Assembly: GCF_000009045.1 (NCBI RefSeq)
Contig: NC_000964.3
Span: forward strand, 682,001 to 746,000
DNA length: 64,000 nucleotides
Origin: Bacillus subtilis subsp. subtilis str. 168
GTDB taxonomy: Bacteria > Bacillota > Bacilli > Bacillales > Bacillaceae
Direction of reading: 5' to 3'
The stretch's first letter is position 1; the number at the start of each line of letters is the position of its first letter. Made by a program: the position numbers and the translations under genes. Below are positions 31,664 to 46,452 of the stretch, piece by piece. The notes under the pieces were generated by a model. It saw nothing but the letters and a program-made list of their open reading frames with translations, did not search any database and was not told where the DNA came from.

Positions 31664-33406
31664 ATGTCCGAACGCACCTTTAACTGGAAAAACAAAGACA
31701 TCAGGGCACAGGTTGATGTTGTAGACTCAAAGCTGCTTCCAACGCTCCTTTTACGGAATGCTCTCGTCTTAAATCCATATGTAAAACAATGGCTGAAAAA
31801 AAACATTTGGATTTATCAGGACCGCATTGTTTATGTGGGTCATGAACTTCCGAATAGAGCCGAAGAAATTCATACGATTGATTGTGAAGGAAAATACATT
31901 GTGCCAGGTTATATTGAACCGCACGCACATCCTTTTCAAATATATAATCCCCAAACACTGGCGGAATATGTGTCTCAATACGGAACAACGACATTCGTGA
32001 ATGATAACTTATTTTTGCTTTTGCAAAGCGGAAAAAAGAAAGCGCTTACGATTTTGAATGAACTCAAAAAGCAGCCTGTCCAGTATTTTTGGTGGTCACG
32101 CTATGACCTCCAGACCGAGGTTCTGAACGAGGACCACGTCCTTCCATTTGACGTCAGAAAACAGTGGATTGAACATCCGGATGTGATTCAAGGCGGAGAA
32201 ATGACCGGATGGCCTCGCCTGGTAGATGGTGATGATTTAATGCTCCACTGTATGCAAGCTACAAAGAAACAGAGAAAACGTATTGAAGGGCATTTTCCCG
32301 GCGCTTCTGATAAAACGCTTACAAAAATGAAGCTGTTCGGTGCGGATTGTGATCATGAAGCGATGACAGGTGATGAAGTGATGAGAAGGCTGGAACTGGG
32401 CTATTATGTTTCCCTTCGGAACTCTTCCATTCGCCCCGATGTAAGAAAAATCTTGCAAGAGCTGCATGAGAAGGGCTTCCGCTATTATGACCACTTCTTT
32501 TACACGACAGATGGCGCAACCCCGAATTTCTATAAAGGCGGCATGACAAACGAGCTGATTCGCATTGCGTTAGAAGAAGGCGTACCTGCAATCGACGCCT
32601 ACAATATGGCATCATTTAATATCGCAAAGTATTACCAAATGGATGATTATTTAGGAGTTGTCGGACCGGGCAGACTGGCATCGCTAAACATACTGGAAGA
32701 TCCGTTAAATCCGAATCCAGTGACTGTTCTGTCAAAAGGGACCATTCTGCGTGAAAACGGCTGTGATTTGAAGGCGTTTACAAAGACGGACTGGCACAAA
32801 GGCGGTCTTGTCCCGCTTGAGCTTTCATATGATATGACGATGGATGACTTGCAGTTTTCTATGCCGATGGGCGTGAAAATGCGGAATGCGGTTATTATGG
32901 AGCCATATATGATTGAGATCGACAATTCGATGGAACAGCTCTCGTTTGACCATGATGAAAGTTATTTGACGATGCTCGACAGACACGGGAAATGGCGCGT
33001 CAATACGATGATAAAAGGGTTTGCCTCAAGCGTGCAGGGATTTGTAAGCTCCTTTACGACGACGGGCGACATTGTCGCGATTGGAAAAAATAAAGCGGAT
33101 ATGCTGCTCGCTTTCGCCCGCATGAAAGAAATCGGAGGAGGAATTGTTTTAGCGGAGAACGGAAACATTCTGCATGAAATCCCGCTTGCGCTGTGCGGCT
33201 GCGCCTCTTCGGAAGCGTATGAAGACGTGCTTGAGAAGGAACAAAAGCTGAGAGATCTTTTGACTGAAAGAGGCTATGAGTTTTGCGATCCTATCTATAC
33301 GCTGCTCTTTTTGCAAAGTACGCACCTTCCGTATATACGCATTACGCCAAGAGGAATATTCGACGTCATGAAAAAAACTGTACTCTTTCCATCGATAATG
33401 CGTTAA
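31664..33406 (+). CDS. yerA: Adenine-deaminase-like amidohydrolase, 580 aa
   Basis: PGYIEPHAH metal motif, EGHFPG, DHE, TTDG and GVVGPGRLA. Confidence 0.88.
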   Translation: MSERTFNWKNKDIRAQVDVVDSKLLPTLLLRNALVLNPYVKQWLKKNIWIYQDRIVYVGHELPNRAEEIHTIDCEGKYIVPGYIEPHAHPFQIYNPQTLAEYVSQYGTTTFVNDNLFLLLQSGKKKALTILNELKKQPVQYFWWSRYDLQTEVLNEDHVLPFDVRKQWIEHPDVIQGGEMTGWPRLVDGDDLMLHCMQATKKQRKRIEGHFPGASDKTLTKMKLFGADCDHEAMTGDEVMRRLELGYYVSLRNSSIRPDVRKILQELHEKGFRYYDHFFYTTDGATPNFYKGGMTNELIRIALEEGVPAIDAYNMASFNIAKYYQMDDYLGVVGPGRLASLNILEDPLNPNPVTVLSKGTILRENGCDLKAFTKTDWHKGGLVPLELSYDMTMDDLQFSMPMGVKMRNAVIMEPYMIEIDNSMEQLSFDHDESYLTMLDRHGKWRVNTMIKGFASSVQGFVSSFTTTGDIVAIGKNKADMLLAFARMKEIGGGIVLAENGNILHEIPLALCGCASSEAYEDVLEKEQKLRDLLTERGYEFCDPIYTLLFLQSTHLPYIRITPRGIFDVMKKTVLFPSIMR

Positions 33407-33432
33407 AATATAAAAGAGCAGGGAGCCGACAT

Positions 33433-34428
33433 ATGAAAAAATGGATGACAGTTTGCGCGCTGTGTTTCGTGTTTTTTCTGCTGGTATCCTGCCAGCAGAA
33501 GGATGCTGTCCCGGATACTGCAAAGAAGCTGAAAGCTCCTTTAACGGGGCTAAAGACTGAACAGAAAGTGACTGAACGCCGCCCTGTTGCTGTTGTGGTG
33601 AACAATCACCCGAAGGCGAGGCCGCAGTCGGGTCTGTCTAAAGCCGACATTGTCATAGAAGCGCTAGCCGAAGGGCAAATCACAAGATTTCTGGCCATTT
33701 TCCAAAGCCAGATGCCTGAAACTGTCGGACCTGTGCGGAGCGCGCGGGAATATTTCGTCACTCTCAGCAATGGCTTTGACAGCATATTTGTCCATCACGG
33801 CTGGAGTCCCGGCGCCAAAAAGCAGCTGGAATCCGGAGCTGCCGATTATATGAACGGATTGGATTTTGACGGAAGCTTATTTTGGAGAGCTGATTTCAGC
33901 AAACCGCCCCACAATTCCTATACGTCTTATGATTACATAAAAAAGGCGGCAGAACAAAAGGGTTATAAGCTGAAGCAGGAAACAAATCCGCTGCTGTTTC
34001 AAACATCAGATGCAAAACCTGCAAATGAATCTTACAATGTTCGGGTAGATTATGGAACAAATAACGTTACAAATCTTGTCGAATACAACTATGATAAAAA
34101 AGCTGAATTTTATACAAGAAGCTCTGATGGTGTCATAACGACAGACCGGGAAACCGGAAAGCCGGTTGCAATGCAAAATATTTTCATTGTTGAAGCCAGC
34201 CATCATATTATTGATCAAGATGGAAGGCGGGACATCGACTTGGAATCAGGAGGAAAAGGTCTGTTGTTTCAGCACGGAAACGTCATTGAAACAGACTGGA
34301 AACAAGTGAATGGCAGAATTGTGCCGGTAAAAGACGGCAAGTGGCTTCCGTTTGTGCCAGGAAAGACTTGGATCAATATCGTACCTGATCTTGATGCGGC
34401 TTCCATTAGTAAAGGAGAAGGTGTGTAA
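33433..34428 (+). CDS. yerB: DUF3048 lipoprotein, 331 aa
   Basis: MKKW...LLVSC lipobox; RPVAVVVNN, RPQSGL and GPVRSAR motifs; AGGGAG RBS. Confidence 0.85.
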   Translation: MKKWMTVCALCFVFFLLVSCQQKDAVPDTAKKLKAPLTGLKTEQKVTERRPVAVVVNNHPKARPQSGLSKADIVIEALAEGQITRFLAIFQSQMPETVGPVRSAREYFVTLSNGFDSIFVHHGWSPGAKKQLESGAADYMNGLDFDGSLFWRADFSKPPHNSYTSYDYIKKAAEQKGYKLKQETNPLLFQTSDAKPANESYNVRVDYGTNNVTNLVEYNYDKKAEFYTRSSDGVITTDRETGKPVAMQNIFIVEASHHIIDQDGRRDIDLESGGKGLLFQHGNVIETDWKQVNGRIVPVKDGKWLPFVPGKTWINIVPDLDAASISKGEGV

Positions 34429-34430
34429 CG

Positions 34431-34745
34431 ATGCAAATCGATAAATTACGCGGCAAAGAGCTGGACCAGTTATTTAACTCGATCTTATCGCTGAAAGACC
34501 TGGAGGAATGTTACCGATTCTTCGATGATCTATGCACAATTAACGAAATTCAATCGCTGGCTCAGCGCCTTGAAGTGGCGCGCATGCTTCGCGAAGGAAA
34601 CACGTATCATAAGATTGAAACAGAAACAGGCGCTTCCACGGCTACGATTTCCCGTGTGAAACGCTGCTTAAATTACGGAAATGACGCTTATGAAATGGCG
34701 CTTGACCGTGTGAAGGAGACGGAAACAGAGTCTTCTTCCAAATAA
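34431..34745 (+). CDS. yerC: TrpR-like (YerC/YecD) protein, 104 aa
   Basis: FFDDLCT, QRLEVARML and TGASTATISRV HTH. Confidence 0.9.
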   Translation: MQIDKLRGKELDQLFNSILSLKDLEECYRFFDDLCTINEIQSLAQRLEVARMLREGNTYHKIETETGASTATISRVKRCLNYGNDAYEMALDRVKETETESSSK

Positions 34746-34746
34746 A

Positions 34747-34779
34747 AAACCGCCCTGCCGTCTGGCAAGGGCGGTTTCT
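34747..34779. terminator. Bidirectional terminator between yerC and yerD
   Basis: AAACCGCCCT...AGGGCGGTTT stem between convergent stops. Confidence 0.85.
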
Positions 34780-36357
34780 TTATGAAACAAATTGATGGAT
34801 CAGGTTGTCGATATTGATGATACTGCCATCCTCTTTCCGATAGACAACATGCTCCTTGGAAAAATGAATCGGCGAATTAATCCCTGCTGCGGCTGCAAGG
34901 TTAAATAGTCCCTCGCGCAATGAAATAACGTAGTTGCAGACACGATGCTGTTTTTCCTCAACGCTCAGTGCTTTTTGCAATTTCGGATCTGTCGTCGCCA
35001 CACCTGCCGGACAGGTGTTGGTGTGGCAGACGAGAGCGCGGATGCAGCCAACGGAAAACATCATGCCGCGTGCGATGTTAACAAAGTCAGCGCCGAGGGC
35101 TAAGGCGACCGCGATTTTATCAGGAGTCAGGAGCTTTCCGGAAGCAAAGATTTTCAGCTGGCTGCGCAAGCCGTACTGTTTAAGAAGCGTGTCCACAATA
35201 GGCAGCGCTGTCATAATCGGAAGGCCGACTGTATCCGCGAGCTCGTAAAAGGAAGCTCCGGTACCGCCTTCACTTCCGTCGATCGTGATAAAATCCGGAT
35301 GCTTTCCGCTTTTCTGCATATGAGAGAAAAGCTCATGCAATTCTTCAGGATGCCCTGCGACCAGTTTGATGCCGACTGGCTTTTGTCCGACATCTCTAAG
35401 TTTTTCAATAAAGTCGAGCATTTCAGGAGGGTTTGAGAATTCATAAAAGCGGTTCGGGCTGTCAATCGACTTTCCAGGTTCGACATTCCGAATGTCTGCC
35501 ACTTCCTCTGATACTTTGGCGCCGTCCACATGGCCGCCGCGGGTTTTCGCTCCTTGTGCCAGCTTTAGCTCAAACGCTTTAATCTGGTCAATCCTGCTTT
35601 TTCTTTTAAATTCCTCCCACGAAAATTCCCCGTTTCTTTTGCGCACGCCGAATAGGCCCGGTCCGATTTGGCAAATGATATCGGCGCCGCCCTTTAAGTG
35701 ATATTCAGACAATCCCCCTTCACCTGTATTCATCCAGGTGCCGCCTGCCAGATGGAGCCCTTTTGAGAGCGCCGTAACAGCCCGTTCTCCAAGAGAACCG
35801 TAGCTCATGGCAGACTGGCCGACTAAGCCCTTCACATAAAATGGCTTCTCGCATGTATGCTCGCCAATCACCTGTACATCATCAGGATGGAGAAAATACG
35901 GGTCTGCCTTGATATGTTCGGCATGCTCCTTGCGTTTGAACAGATTGTCAGCATCCATTTTATAGATTTGGGTTTCAATTTTTGGCGTTTGATTTACATG
36001 CATTTCTTCCCTTTGTTTTGGAAACATAGCGTTACGGATATAATAGCCAGGTTTATCAAAATCTCTTACAGATCCAAAGCCCATCATTCTGCTTTTGTAT
36101 TTGCCGGAGATGACGGTTTGCTCATATTCCTTTCGTGAAAATGGCTGCTCTTCATTGTCATTGCTGTATAAATACTGTCTGAGCTCCGGCCCGATTTTTT
36201 CAAGGATATACCGAAACCTTCCGATGACGGGATAGTTGCGAAGAATTGAGTGCTCCTGCTGTTTTTCATCCTTTATGTAGATCCAGGCAAACAAGACGAT
36301 CGGGATAGCGATGATCCCAATGATAAATGCGATGAGTGCTATTATGATGGTTTCCAT
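34780..36357 (-). CDS. yerD: FMN-binding glutamate-synthase-family protein, 525 aa
   Basis: MSYGSLG, NTGEGG, ELKLAQGAK, DGSEGGTGA and CHTNTCPAGVATT motifs; N-terminal TM anchor. Confidence 0.9.
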   Translation of the reverse strand: METIIIALIAFIIGIIAIPIVLFAWIYIKDEKQQEHSILRNYPVIGRFRYILEKIGPELRQYLYSNDNEEQPFSRKEYEQTVISGKYKSRMMGFGSVRDFDKPGYYIRNAMFPKQREEMHVNQTPKIETQIYKMDADNLFKRKEHAEHIKADPYFLHPDDVQVIGEHTCEKPFYVKGLVGQSAMSYGSLGERAVTALSKGLHLAGGTWMNTGEGGLSEYHLKGGADIICQIGPGLFGVRKRNGEFSWEEFKRKSRIDQIKAFELKLAQGAKTRGGHVDGAKVSEEVADIRNVEPGKSIDSPNRFYEFSNPPEMLDFIEKLRDVGQKPVGIKLVAGHPEELHELFSHMQKSGKHPDFITIDGSEGGTGASFYELADTVGLPIMTALPIVDTLLKQYGLRSQLKIFASGKLLTPDKIAVALALGADFVNIARGMMFSVGCIRALVCHTNTCPAGVATTDPKLQKALSVEEKQHRVCNYVISLREGLFNLAAAAGINSPIHFSKEHVVYRKEDGSIINIDNLIHQFVS

Positions 36358-36621
36358 CTCTCAGCCTCCCTTTTTATGTAACCATTTCCACAGTAGAACA
36401 CTTTCCAAACAATAGCAGAAGGAATCTGGTGAAAAATGTGTGCTCCTGCCGATACAGGACTCACCATGCAGGTACTGCCATATGCTCTCTTTTTTTATGA
36501 AAAAAGAATCAAAACACCTTTTTCAGTGAATAACGAGATTAACGGCTTTTTCCGTTTTTCCGCGCTATGTGAATTTGTTATAATGTTTAAATGGTAACAA
36601 ACGAATGGAGGAACGTATGAC

Positions 36622-37308
36622 GTGTACGATGTAACGGAGTGGAAGCATGTCTTTAAACTCGATCCAAATAAAGATTTGCCTGACGAACAGCTGGAGATTC
36701 TTTGCGAATCAGGAACGGATGCGGTCATTATCGGAGGAAGCGATGGTGTGACAGAGGATAATGTCCTGCGGATGATGTCTAAGGTAAGACGGTTTTTGGT
36801 GCCGTGTGTCCTAGAGGTATCAGCGATTGAAGCGATTGTTCCCGGCTTTGACTTATATTTTATTCCGAGTGTATTAAACAGCAAAAACGCGGATTGGATT
36901 GTCGGAATGCACCAGAAAGCCATGAAGGAATACGGAGAACTGATGTCTATGGAAGAAATCGTGGCGGAGGGCTACTGCATCGCAAATCCAGATTGCAAAG
37001 CCGCGGCACTGACTGAAGCGGACGCCGATCTGAATATGGATGATATTGTCGCCTATGCGCGTGTGTCGGAGCTGCTGCAACTGCCGATTTTTTATTTAGA
37101 ATACAGCGGCGTGCTTGGAGACATAGAAGCTGTCAAGAAAACGAAGGCTGTATTGGAAACGTCCACCTTGTTTTACGGCGGCGGCATCAAGGATGCGGAA
37201 ACGGCCAAGCAGTACGCAGAGCATGCGGACGTGATCGTTGTAGGCAATGCGGTGTATGAAGATTTTGACAGGGCTTTGAAAACAGTAGCGGCTGTGAAAG
37301 GCGAGTAG
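36622..37308 (+). CDS. pcrB: Heptaprenylglyceryl phosphate synthase, 228 aa
   Basis: FKLDPNK, GTDAVIIGGSD, FYLEYSG and YGGGI motifs; GGAGG before GTG. Confidence 0.93.
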   Translation: MYDVTEWKHVFKLDPNKDLPDEQLEILCESGTDAVIIGGSDGVTEDNVLRMMSKVRRFLVPCVLEVSAIEAIVPGFDLYFIPSVLNSKNADWIVGMHQKAMKEYGELMSMEEIVAEGYCIANPDCKAAALTEADADLNMDDIVAYARVSELLQLPIFYLEYSGVLGDIEAVKKTKAVLETSTLFYGGGIKDAETAKQYAEHADVIVVGNAVYEDFDRALKTVAAVKGE

Positions 37309-37334
37309 TAAATTGTACGGATTTGGTTTATGAT

Positions 37335-37348
37335 AGAACGTATGTTTT
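37335..37348. promoter_or_regulatory. SOS (LexA/DinR) box upstream of pcrA
   Basis: AGAAC-GTAT-GTTTT resembles CGAAC-N4-GTTCG and lies directly after a TATGAT -10-like hexamer (37329-37334). Confidence 0.6.
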
Positions 37349-37369
37349 GTATAGGCGGGTGAACAAATT

Positions 37370-41619
<4,250 letters not shown>

Positions 41620-41634
41620 GAGGAGTGTTTTCTA

Positions 41635-42825
41635 TTGAAAAAGACGTTGGCATTGGCGGCAACGGCGGCAGTATTAATGCTGTCTGCCTGCTCGTCAGGT
41701 TTCGGGGGGGAGAAGGAGGAAGAGATTACGCAAAAGACGGCGAAATCGTCAGAAAAAGCGATTGTCCCGAAATATAATATCTCTGACTCCTATTACAAAA
41801 TGGTGCTGCCGTTTAAGGCAGGCAAAGCGCGCGGCTTAACAACGGAACAGCTGAATACAAGGCTGGACATTGACGAATTTGAAACAGGGCTGATGCGCCT
41901 TGCCCAAGATTCTTTCTCAACTGACGATTATCTGTTCCAAGAAGGACAATATTTAGATGAGGATACAGTATTAAGCTGGCTGGCACGGAAAAAAACGGGC
42001 TCTGATTTGAAAAAAGCCGAAAAAGAAGATAAGAACTTCAAAAATGAAGGCTTGAACCCGGCGCTCCCGAGTTCTGGTTCAACAGAAGAAAAGAACGAAA
42101 GCAGCCCAATTTATTTAGCATCCATGCTTGAGCACGATTATTTAGTCAGAAAAGACAAGAATTCTATCCAGCTTGGCGGCGTCATGATCGGACTGGCGTT
42201 AAACTCAGTGTATTACTATCGTGAAAAAACTGGCGACCCGCAAAAAGAAGTGGAGATTAAAGACAGCACGCTTCGCCAGCAGGGAGAAAAAATTGCACAG
42301 GAGGTTATTAACCGCCTCCGCAAAAAAGATAACTTGAAGAATGTGCCGATTACCGTGGCGCTCTACAAGCAGGCGTCAAAAACATCGATTGTGCCGGGGA
42401 ACTTCATCGCCAAAACAGAGGTCAAAGCAGGCTCTACTGATATCTCAAATTGGGATGACATCAATGAAAAATATGTATTCTATCCGGCGGATACAACCAC
42501 AGCAGAAAAGTACCCGGATGACACCGAGGTCTTTAAGCGGTTCAAAAACTCAATTGAAGAATATTTCCCGAACTATACAGGCGTTGTCGGTACAGCGCTG
42601 TATGAAAATGATGAAATGAAGAAAATGAAGATTGACATACCAATGCAATTCTACGGAAAAAGTGAAGTTGTCGCGTTTACCCAGTTCTTAACGGGTGAAG
42701 TGATGGACTACTACTCTAAGAGCTCAGTTGATGTCGAAGTCAATATCACGTCCTCAGACGGACAGGAAGCGGTCATTATCCGCAATGCCGGAGATAAAGA
42801 GCCGACTGTTCACATTTATGACTGA
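41635..42825 (+). CDS. yerH: CamS-family lipoprotein, 396 aa
   Basis: MKK...LSAC lipobox; TTG start after AGGAG; position after pcrA-ligA. Confidence 0.85.
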
Positions 42826-42829
42826 TAGA

Positions 42830-42862
42830 AAACCCTTGTGCCATATTGGCACAAGGGTTTTT
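42830..42862 (+). terminator. Terminator after yerH
   Basis: AAACCCTTGTGCCA-TAT-TGGCACAAGGGTTT followed by TT. Confidence 0.9.
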
Positions 42863-42986
42863 ATGTTACAATTAACAGGAAAAGGGAAAATATTTTCACT
42901 TCTGCCGAAACACAAATCAAGGGGAGGTATGTTGATGCTGGAAATCGTGTGAAAACAATCATTATCAAATCTATAGCAATGAAAGG

Positions 42987-43997
42987 ATGTTAGACGTGCA
43001 TAAAGATATCAAAAAAATATTTCATGAAGAGCAGGTTTTGGCAGAAGCTGCAGCGAGATACGGTTTCTCAAAAGATCAGGTGCGTTTTCTGGCTGATGCG
43101 GAAAACTATGTATATGAATGTATGAAAGACAATCAACCTTATATTTTAAAGATTACCCATACGATTCGGAGATCTTCTGATTATATGATGGGAGAGATGG
43201 AATGGCTCCGTCACCTTGCAATAGGGGGAATTTCAGTAGCCAAACCGCTCCCGTCGCTGAACGGAAAAGACGTAGAAGCAGTGCCGGACGGAAACGGCGG
43301 GTCATTTTTATTGAGAGTGTATGAGAAAGCGCCGGGGCAAAAAGTGGATGAATCGGACTGGAATGAAACGCTATTTTATGAGCTTGGCAGATACACAGGC
43401 AGCATGCACAGCCTGACAAAAAGCTACAAATTGAGCAATCCCGCTTTCAAAAGACAGGAATGGGATGAAGAGGAGCAATTAAAGCTGAGAAAATATGTGC
43501 CTGAAGATCAGATAAAGGTGTTTCAGCAAGCCGATTCTTTGATGAATGAACTGCGGAGGCTCCCGAAAAGCCAGGACAACTACGGCTTGGTGCATGCGGA
43601 TCTGCACCATGGCAATTTTAACTGGGATCATGGCAAAATCACGGCATTTGATTTTGATGATATCGGCTACAACTGGTTTGTTAACGATATTAGCATTCTT
43701 CTCTACAATGTCCTGTGGTATCCTGTTGTGCCATATGATGATAAAGCTGCGTTTACAGAAGAATTTATGACGCATTTTATGAAAGGGTACTGGGAGGAAA
43801 ATGAGCTTGACCCTGCATGGCTGATGATAATACCTGATTTCCTCCGCCTTCGCCATATGCTGATTTACGGATTGCTGCATCAGATGTTTGACCTTAACAC
43901 AATAGGAGAAGAGGAAAAAGAAATGCTGGCCGGTTTCAGAAGAGATATAGAGAATGGCACGCCGATTACAGCATTTGATTTTTCAGCACTGGTGTAG
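42987..43997 (+). CDS. yerI: APH/choline-kinase-like phosphotransferase (amicoumacin kinase homolog by recollection)
   Basis: LVHADLHHGN catalytic loop and FDFDD motif. GTG 42996 has better RBS spacing than ATG 42987. Confidence 0.85.
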   Translation: MLDVHKDIKKIFHEEQVLAEAAARYGFSKDQVRFLADAENYVYECMKDNQPYILKITHTIRRSSDYMMGEMEWLRHLAIGGISVAKPLPSLNGKDVEAVPDGNGGSFLLRVYEKAPGQKVDESDWNETLFYELGRYTGSMHSLTKSYKLSNPAFKRQEWDEEEQLKLRKYVPEDQIKVFQQADSLMNELRRLPKSQDNYGLVHADLHHGNFNWDHGKITAFDFDDIGYNWFVNDISILLYNVLWYPVVPYDDKAAFTEEFMTHFMKGYWEENELDPAWLMIIPDFLRLRHMLIYGLLHQMFDLNTIGEEEKEMLAGFRRDIENGTPITAFDFSALV

Positions 43998-44002
43998 ATA
44001 GA

Positions 44003-44036
44003 AAAAGCCAATGGGATTCCAGTCCCATTGGCTTTT
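44003..44036. terminator. Bidirectional terminator between yerI and sapB
   Basis: AAAAGCCAATGGGA / TCCCATTGGCTTTT 14-bp stem. Confidence 0.88.
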
Positions 44037-44733
44037 ATAATGTATCACACTTCACGCCGACTACGCCTTCAATGGCTTTAATGTCATAGTAGACATCGGT
44101 CGTGTATCTGTTTTTATGGACGCGGACCTTCACTTCCATAATTGGAAAATCCTTTTCGCCTAGGTCGTCGATCCGAACGGAGTGTGCTTTGATATCTCTT
44201 CTTTTCATTTCTTTTAAAATCTCTGTCATTTTGTCTTTATCAGAAAGTGACATTCTGATGCGGATGTCTTTTTCCTGCAGGCGGTCGGGGCCGATTTTTC
44301 TGACCACCCATGGGAGAAATTCCACACTGATCAGGATGAACAGAAGACTGGCAAACGCTTCTTTATAAAAACCGGCTCCCGTAGCAAGCCCGAGCCCCGC
44401 TGCCCCCCAGATCATGGCCGATGTCGTCAGGCCGGAAATGACATCATTGCTTTTTCGCAGGATGACACCGGCGCCGATAAACCCGACGCCGGAGATGATT
44501 TGTGCCGGCAGACGAAGCGGATCCATCATGATGCGGTAGTATTTAGGGAAATGATATGCCGCATTAATACTGACGATCGTCAGCATGCATGAGCTGACTG
44601 CGATGACAATACAGGTTTTTAATCCGAGCGGCTTATTTTTTAATTCGCGTTCAAGCCCGATGACCATGCCAATCAATGTGGCAATGCCCAATTTCAATAA
44701 AATATCAGGATCAATATACCAGCTCAACAGCAA
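44035..44733 (-). CDS. sapB: MgtC/SapB-family membrane protein, 232 aa
   Basis: IGLERE, GLKT, AQIISGVGFIGAGVI and GLTTSA motifs. Confidence 0.92.
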   Translation of the reverse strand: MLLSWYIDPDILLKLGIATLIGMVIGLERELKNKPLGLKTCIVIAVSSCMLTIVSINAAYHFPKYYRIMMDPLRLPAQIISGVGFIGAGVILRKSNDVISGLTTSAMIWGAAGLGLATGAGFYKEAFASLLFILISVEFLPWVVRKIGPDRLQEKDIRIRMSLSDKDKMTEILKEMKRRDIKAHSVRIDDLGEKDFPIMEVKVRVHKNRYTTDVYYDIKAIEGVVGVKCDTL

Positions 44734-44839
44734 ACTTCCCCCTTCTCTATGGTGTTTTTAAATAAATATGATTTTCTCACAGTATTTATAGCAAAACAAG
44801 AGCACAAAAGCCACCAAGCTGCGCTTGATGGCTTATTGC

Positions 44840-46318
44840 TTACTTTTTGCGTTTTAACAGCTTTTCCATGACACCGAATAATCGGTAAGAGGCTTTTGCA
44901 GGACGTTTTGTGATCATGCTGACAATGATGCCGGCAATCATACTGAGAATAAACCCAGGGATGATTTCGTACACACCGGTTGATTTTGCCAGGCCGGTTG
45001 TAATCCAGATCAACACGGTCGCAGCCCCGACAATCATGGCAGCAAGCGCGCCCCATTCGTTCATTCGTTTCCAATACAGACTGAGCAGAATCGCAGGCCC
45101 GAAAGCTGAACCGAAGCCGGCCCAAGCGTATCCGACCAAATCAAGAATGGTGCTGTTCGGGTTCAATGACAAGAGTACCGCGATAACGGCAATGACTAAG
45201 ACGGACAATCGCCCGATCATGACCAATTCTTTATCAGAAGCTTTTCGTCTGAAAAATGACCGGTATAAATCCTCTGTTACAGCACTTGCTGTGACCAAGA
45301 GCTGTGAGGAAATCGAACTCATGATGGCAGCCAAAATAGCTGACAATAAGAACCCTGTAATTAATGGGTGGAACAAGATTTTAGAGAAGATAATGAAAAT
45401 CATCTCCGGATCTTTTACAGCAACTCCGAATTTATGGGCGTATGCAACACCGATTAAACCCGTCAGCACGGAACCTAGAACTGTAATGATCATCCAGCTC
45501 ATGCCGATTCGGCGTGCAGGTTTTAAATCTTTAATGTCTTTAATGGCCATAAATCGGACGATGATATGAGGCTGGCCGTAGTAGCCCAACCCCCAGGCTA
45601 AATAGGAAATAATGCTAATGACGCTCGCGCCTTTAAAAATATCCAATAAATGTGGATTAACAGCGTCGATTTCATGGAAAGTCGGAGCAACGCCGCCCAC
45701 ATGGGTAAAAGCAACGATCGGCACAAGCACTAGTGCTGCAAACATGATCGCACCCTGCACGAAGTCAGTCAGACTGACAGCAAGGAAACCGCCAAACAGT
45801 GTGTATAACACGACAACTGCGGTGGTCAGAAACAGGCCTAATTTGTAATCCGCACCAAAAGCAGATTCAAACAGCCGTCCGCCAGATACCATACCGGAAG
45901 AGGTATACAATGTGAAAAAGATCATGATGATCAATGCAGATACGATTTTCAGCAGTGATGAAGAATGCTGGAATCGTTTATCAAAGAAATCAGGAATTGT
46001 AATCGCATCATCTGCCGCTTCTGTATAAGCACGCAGCCTTGGAGCCAGCAGCAAGTAATTTGAGTACGCCCCGATTGTAAGACCTAAAGCAAGCCATAAG
46101 GTGGACAGCCCTGTCGCAAACATCGCGCCGGGAACACCCATCAGCATCCATCCGCTCATATCGGCCGCGCCGGCAGACAAAGCAGTAACGAATGGTCCGA
46201 GGCCTCTTCCTCCAAGCATGTAATCATTGATGTCAGTGGTTTTCTTGAATGCATACCAGCCGATTAACAGCATGGCAATAAAGTAAATTCCTAAAGATAT
46301 AATAATTTCAATACTCAC
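44840..46318 (-). CDS. opuE: Sodium/proline symporter (SSS family), 492 aa
   Basis: YMLGGR, SAGAADMSGW, GQPHIIVRFM and AAIMSS PutP motifs. Confidence 0.93.
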   Translation of the reverse strand: MSIEIIISLGIYFIAMLLIGWYAFKKTTDINDYMLGGRGLGPFVTALSAGAADMSGWMLMGVPGAMFATGLSTLWLALGLTIGAYSNYLLLAPRLRAYTEAADDAITIPDFFDKRFQHSSSLLKIVSALIIMIFFTLYTSSGMVSGGRLFESAFGADYKLGLFLTTAVVVLYTLFGGFLAVSLTDFVQGAIMFAALVLVPIVAFTHVGGVAPTFHEIDAVNPHLLDIFKGASVISIISYLAWGLGYYGQPHIIVRFMAIKDIKDLKPARRIGMSWMIITVLGSVLTGLIGVAYAHKFGVAVKDPEMIFIIFSKILFHPLITGFLLSAILAAIMSSISSQLLVTASAVTEDLYRSFFRRKASDKELVMIGRLSVLVIAVIAVLLSLNPNSTILDLVGYAWAGFGSAFGPAILLSLYWKRMNEWGALAAMIVGAATVLIWITTGLAKSTGVYEIIPGFILSMIAGIIVSMITKRPAKASYRLFGVMEKLLKRKK

Positions 46319-46452
46319 GTTTTACCCTCTCTTCATTTCTAATAATGTTGCATCACCTCTCAAATTGATGGTGCCAGTTAAGCAGCCTGGCGTAAGTGCA
46401 AAACAAAAGAAATTCTTTTGCGGGTGCACTTGGTAACTTAACCTAACAAAGT

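Noticed and set aside
33283-33432. Upstream ORF-track extensions (yerB, and likewise purC, purE, purF, yerO, swrC, dnmA, yeeC)
   Set aside because: Downstream starts have proper SD spacing and give expected N-termini (for example the yerB signal peptide); the extensions overlap neighbouring genes or RBSs.
41635-41700. YerH signal peptide as a pheromone precursor, as for staphylococcal CamS
   Set aside because: Only the lipobox is evident; nothing in the window supports peptide release or a cognate receptor.
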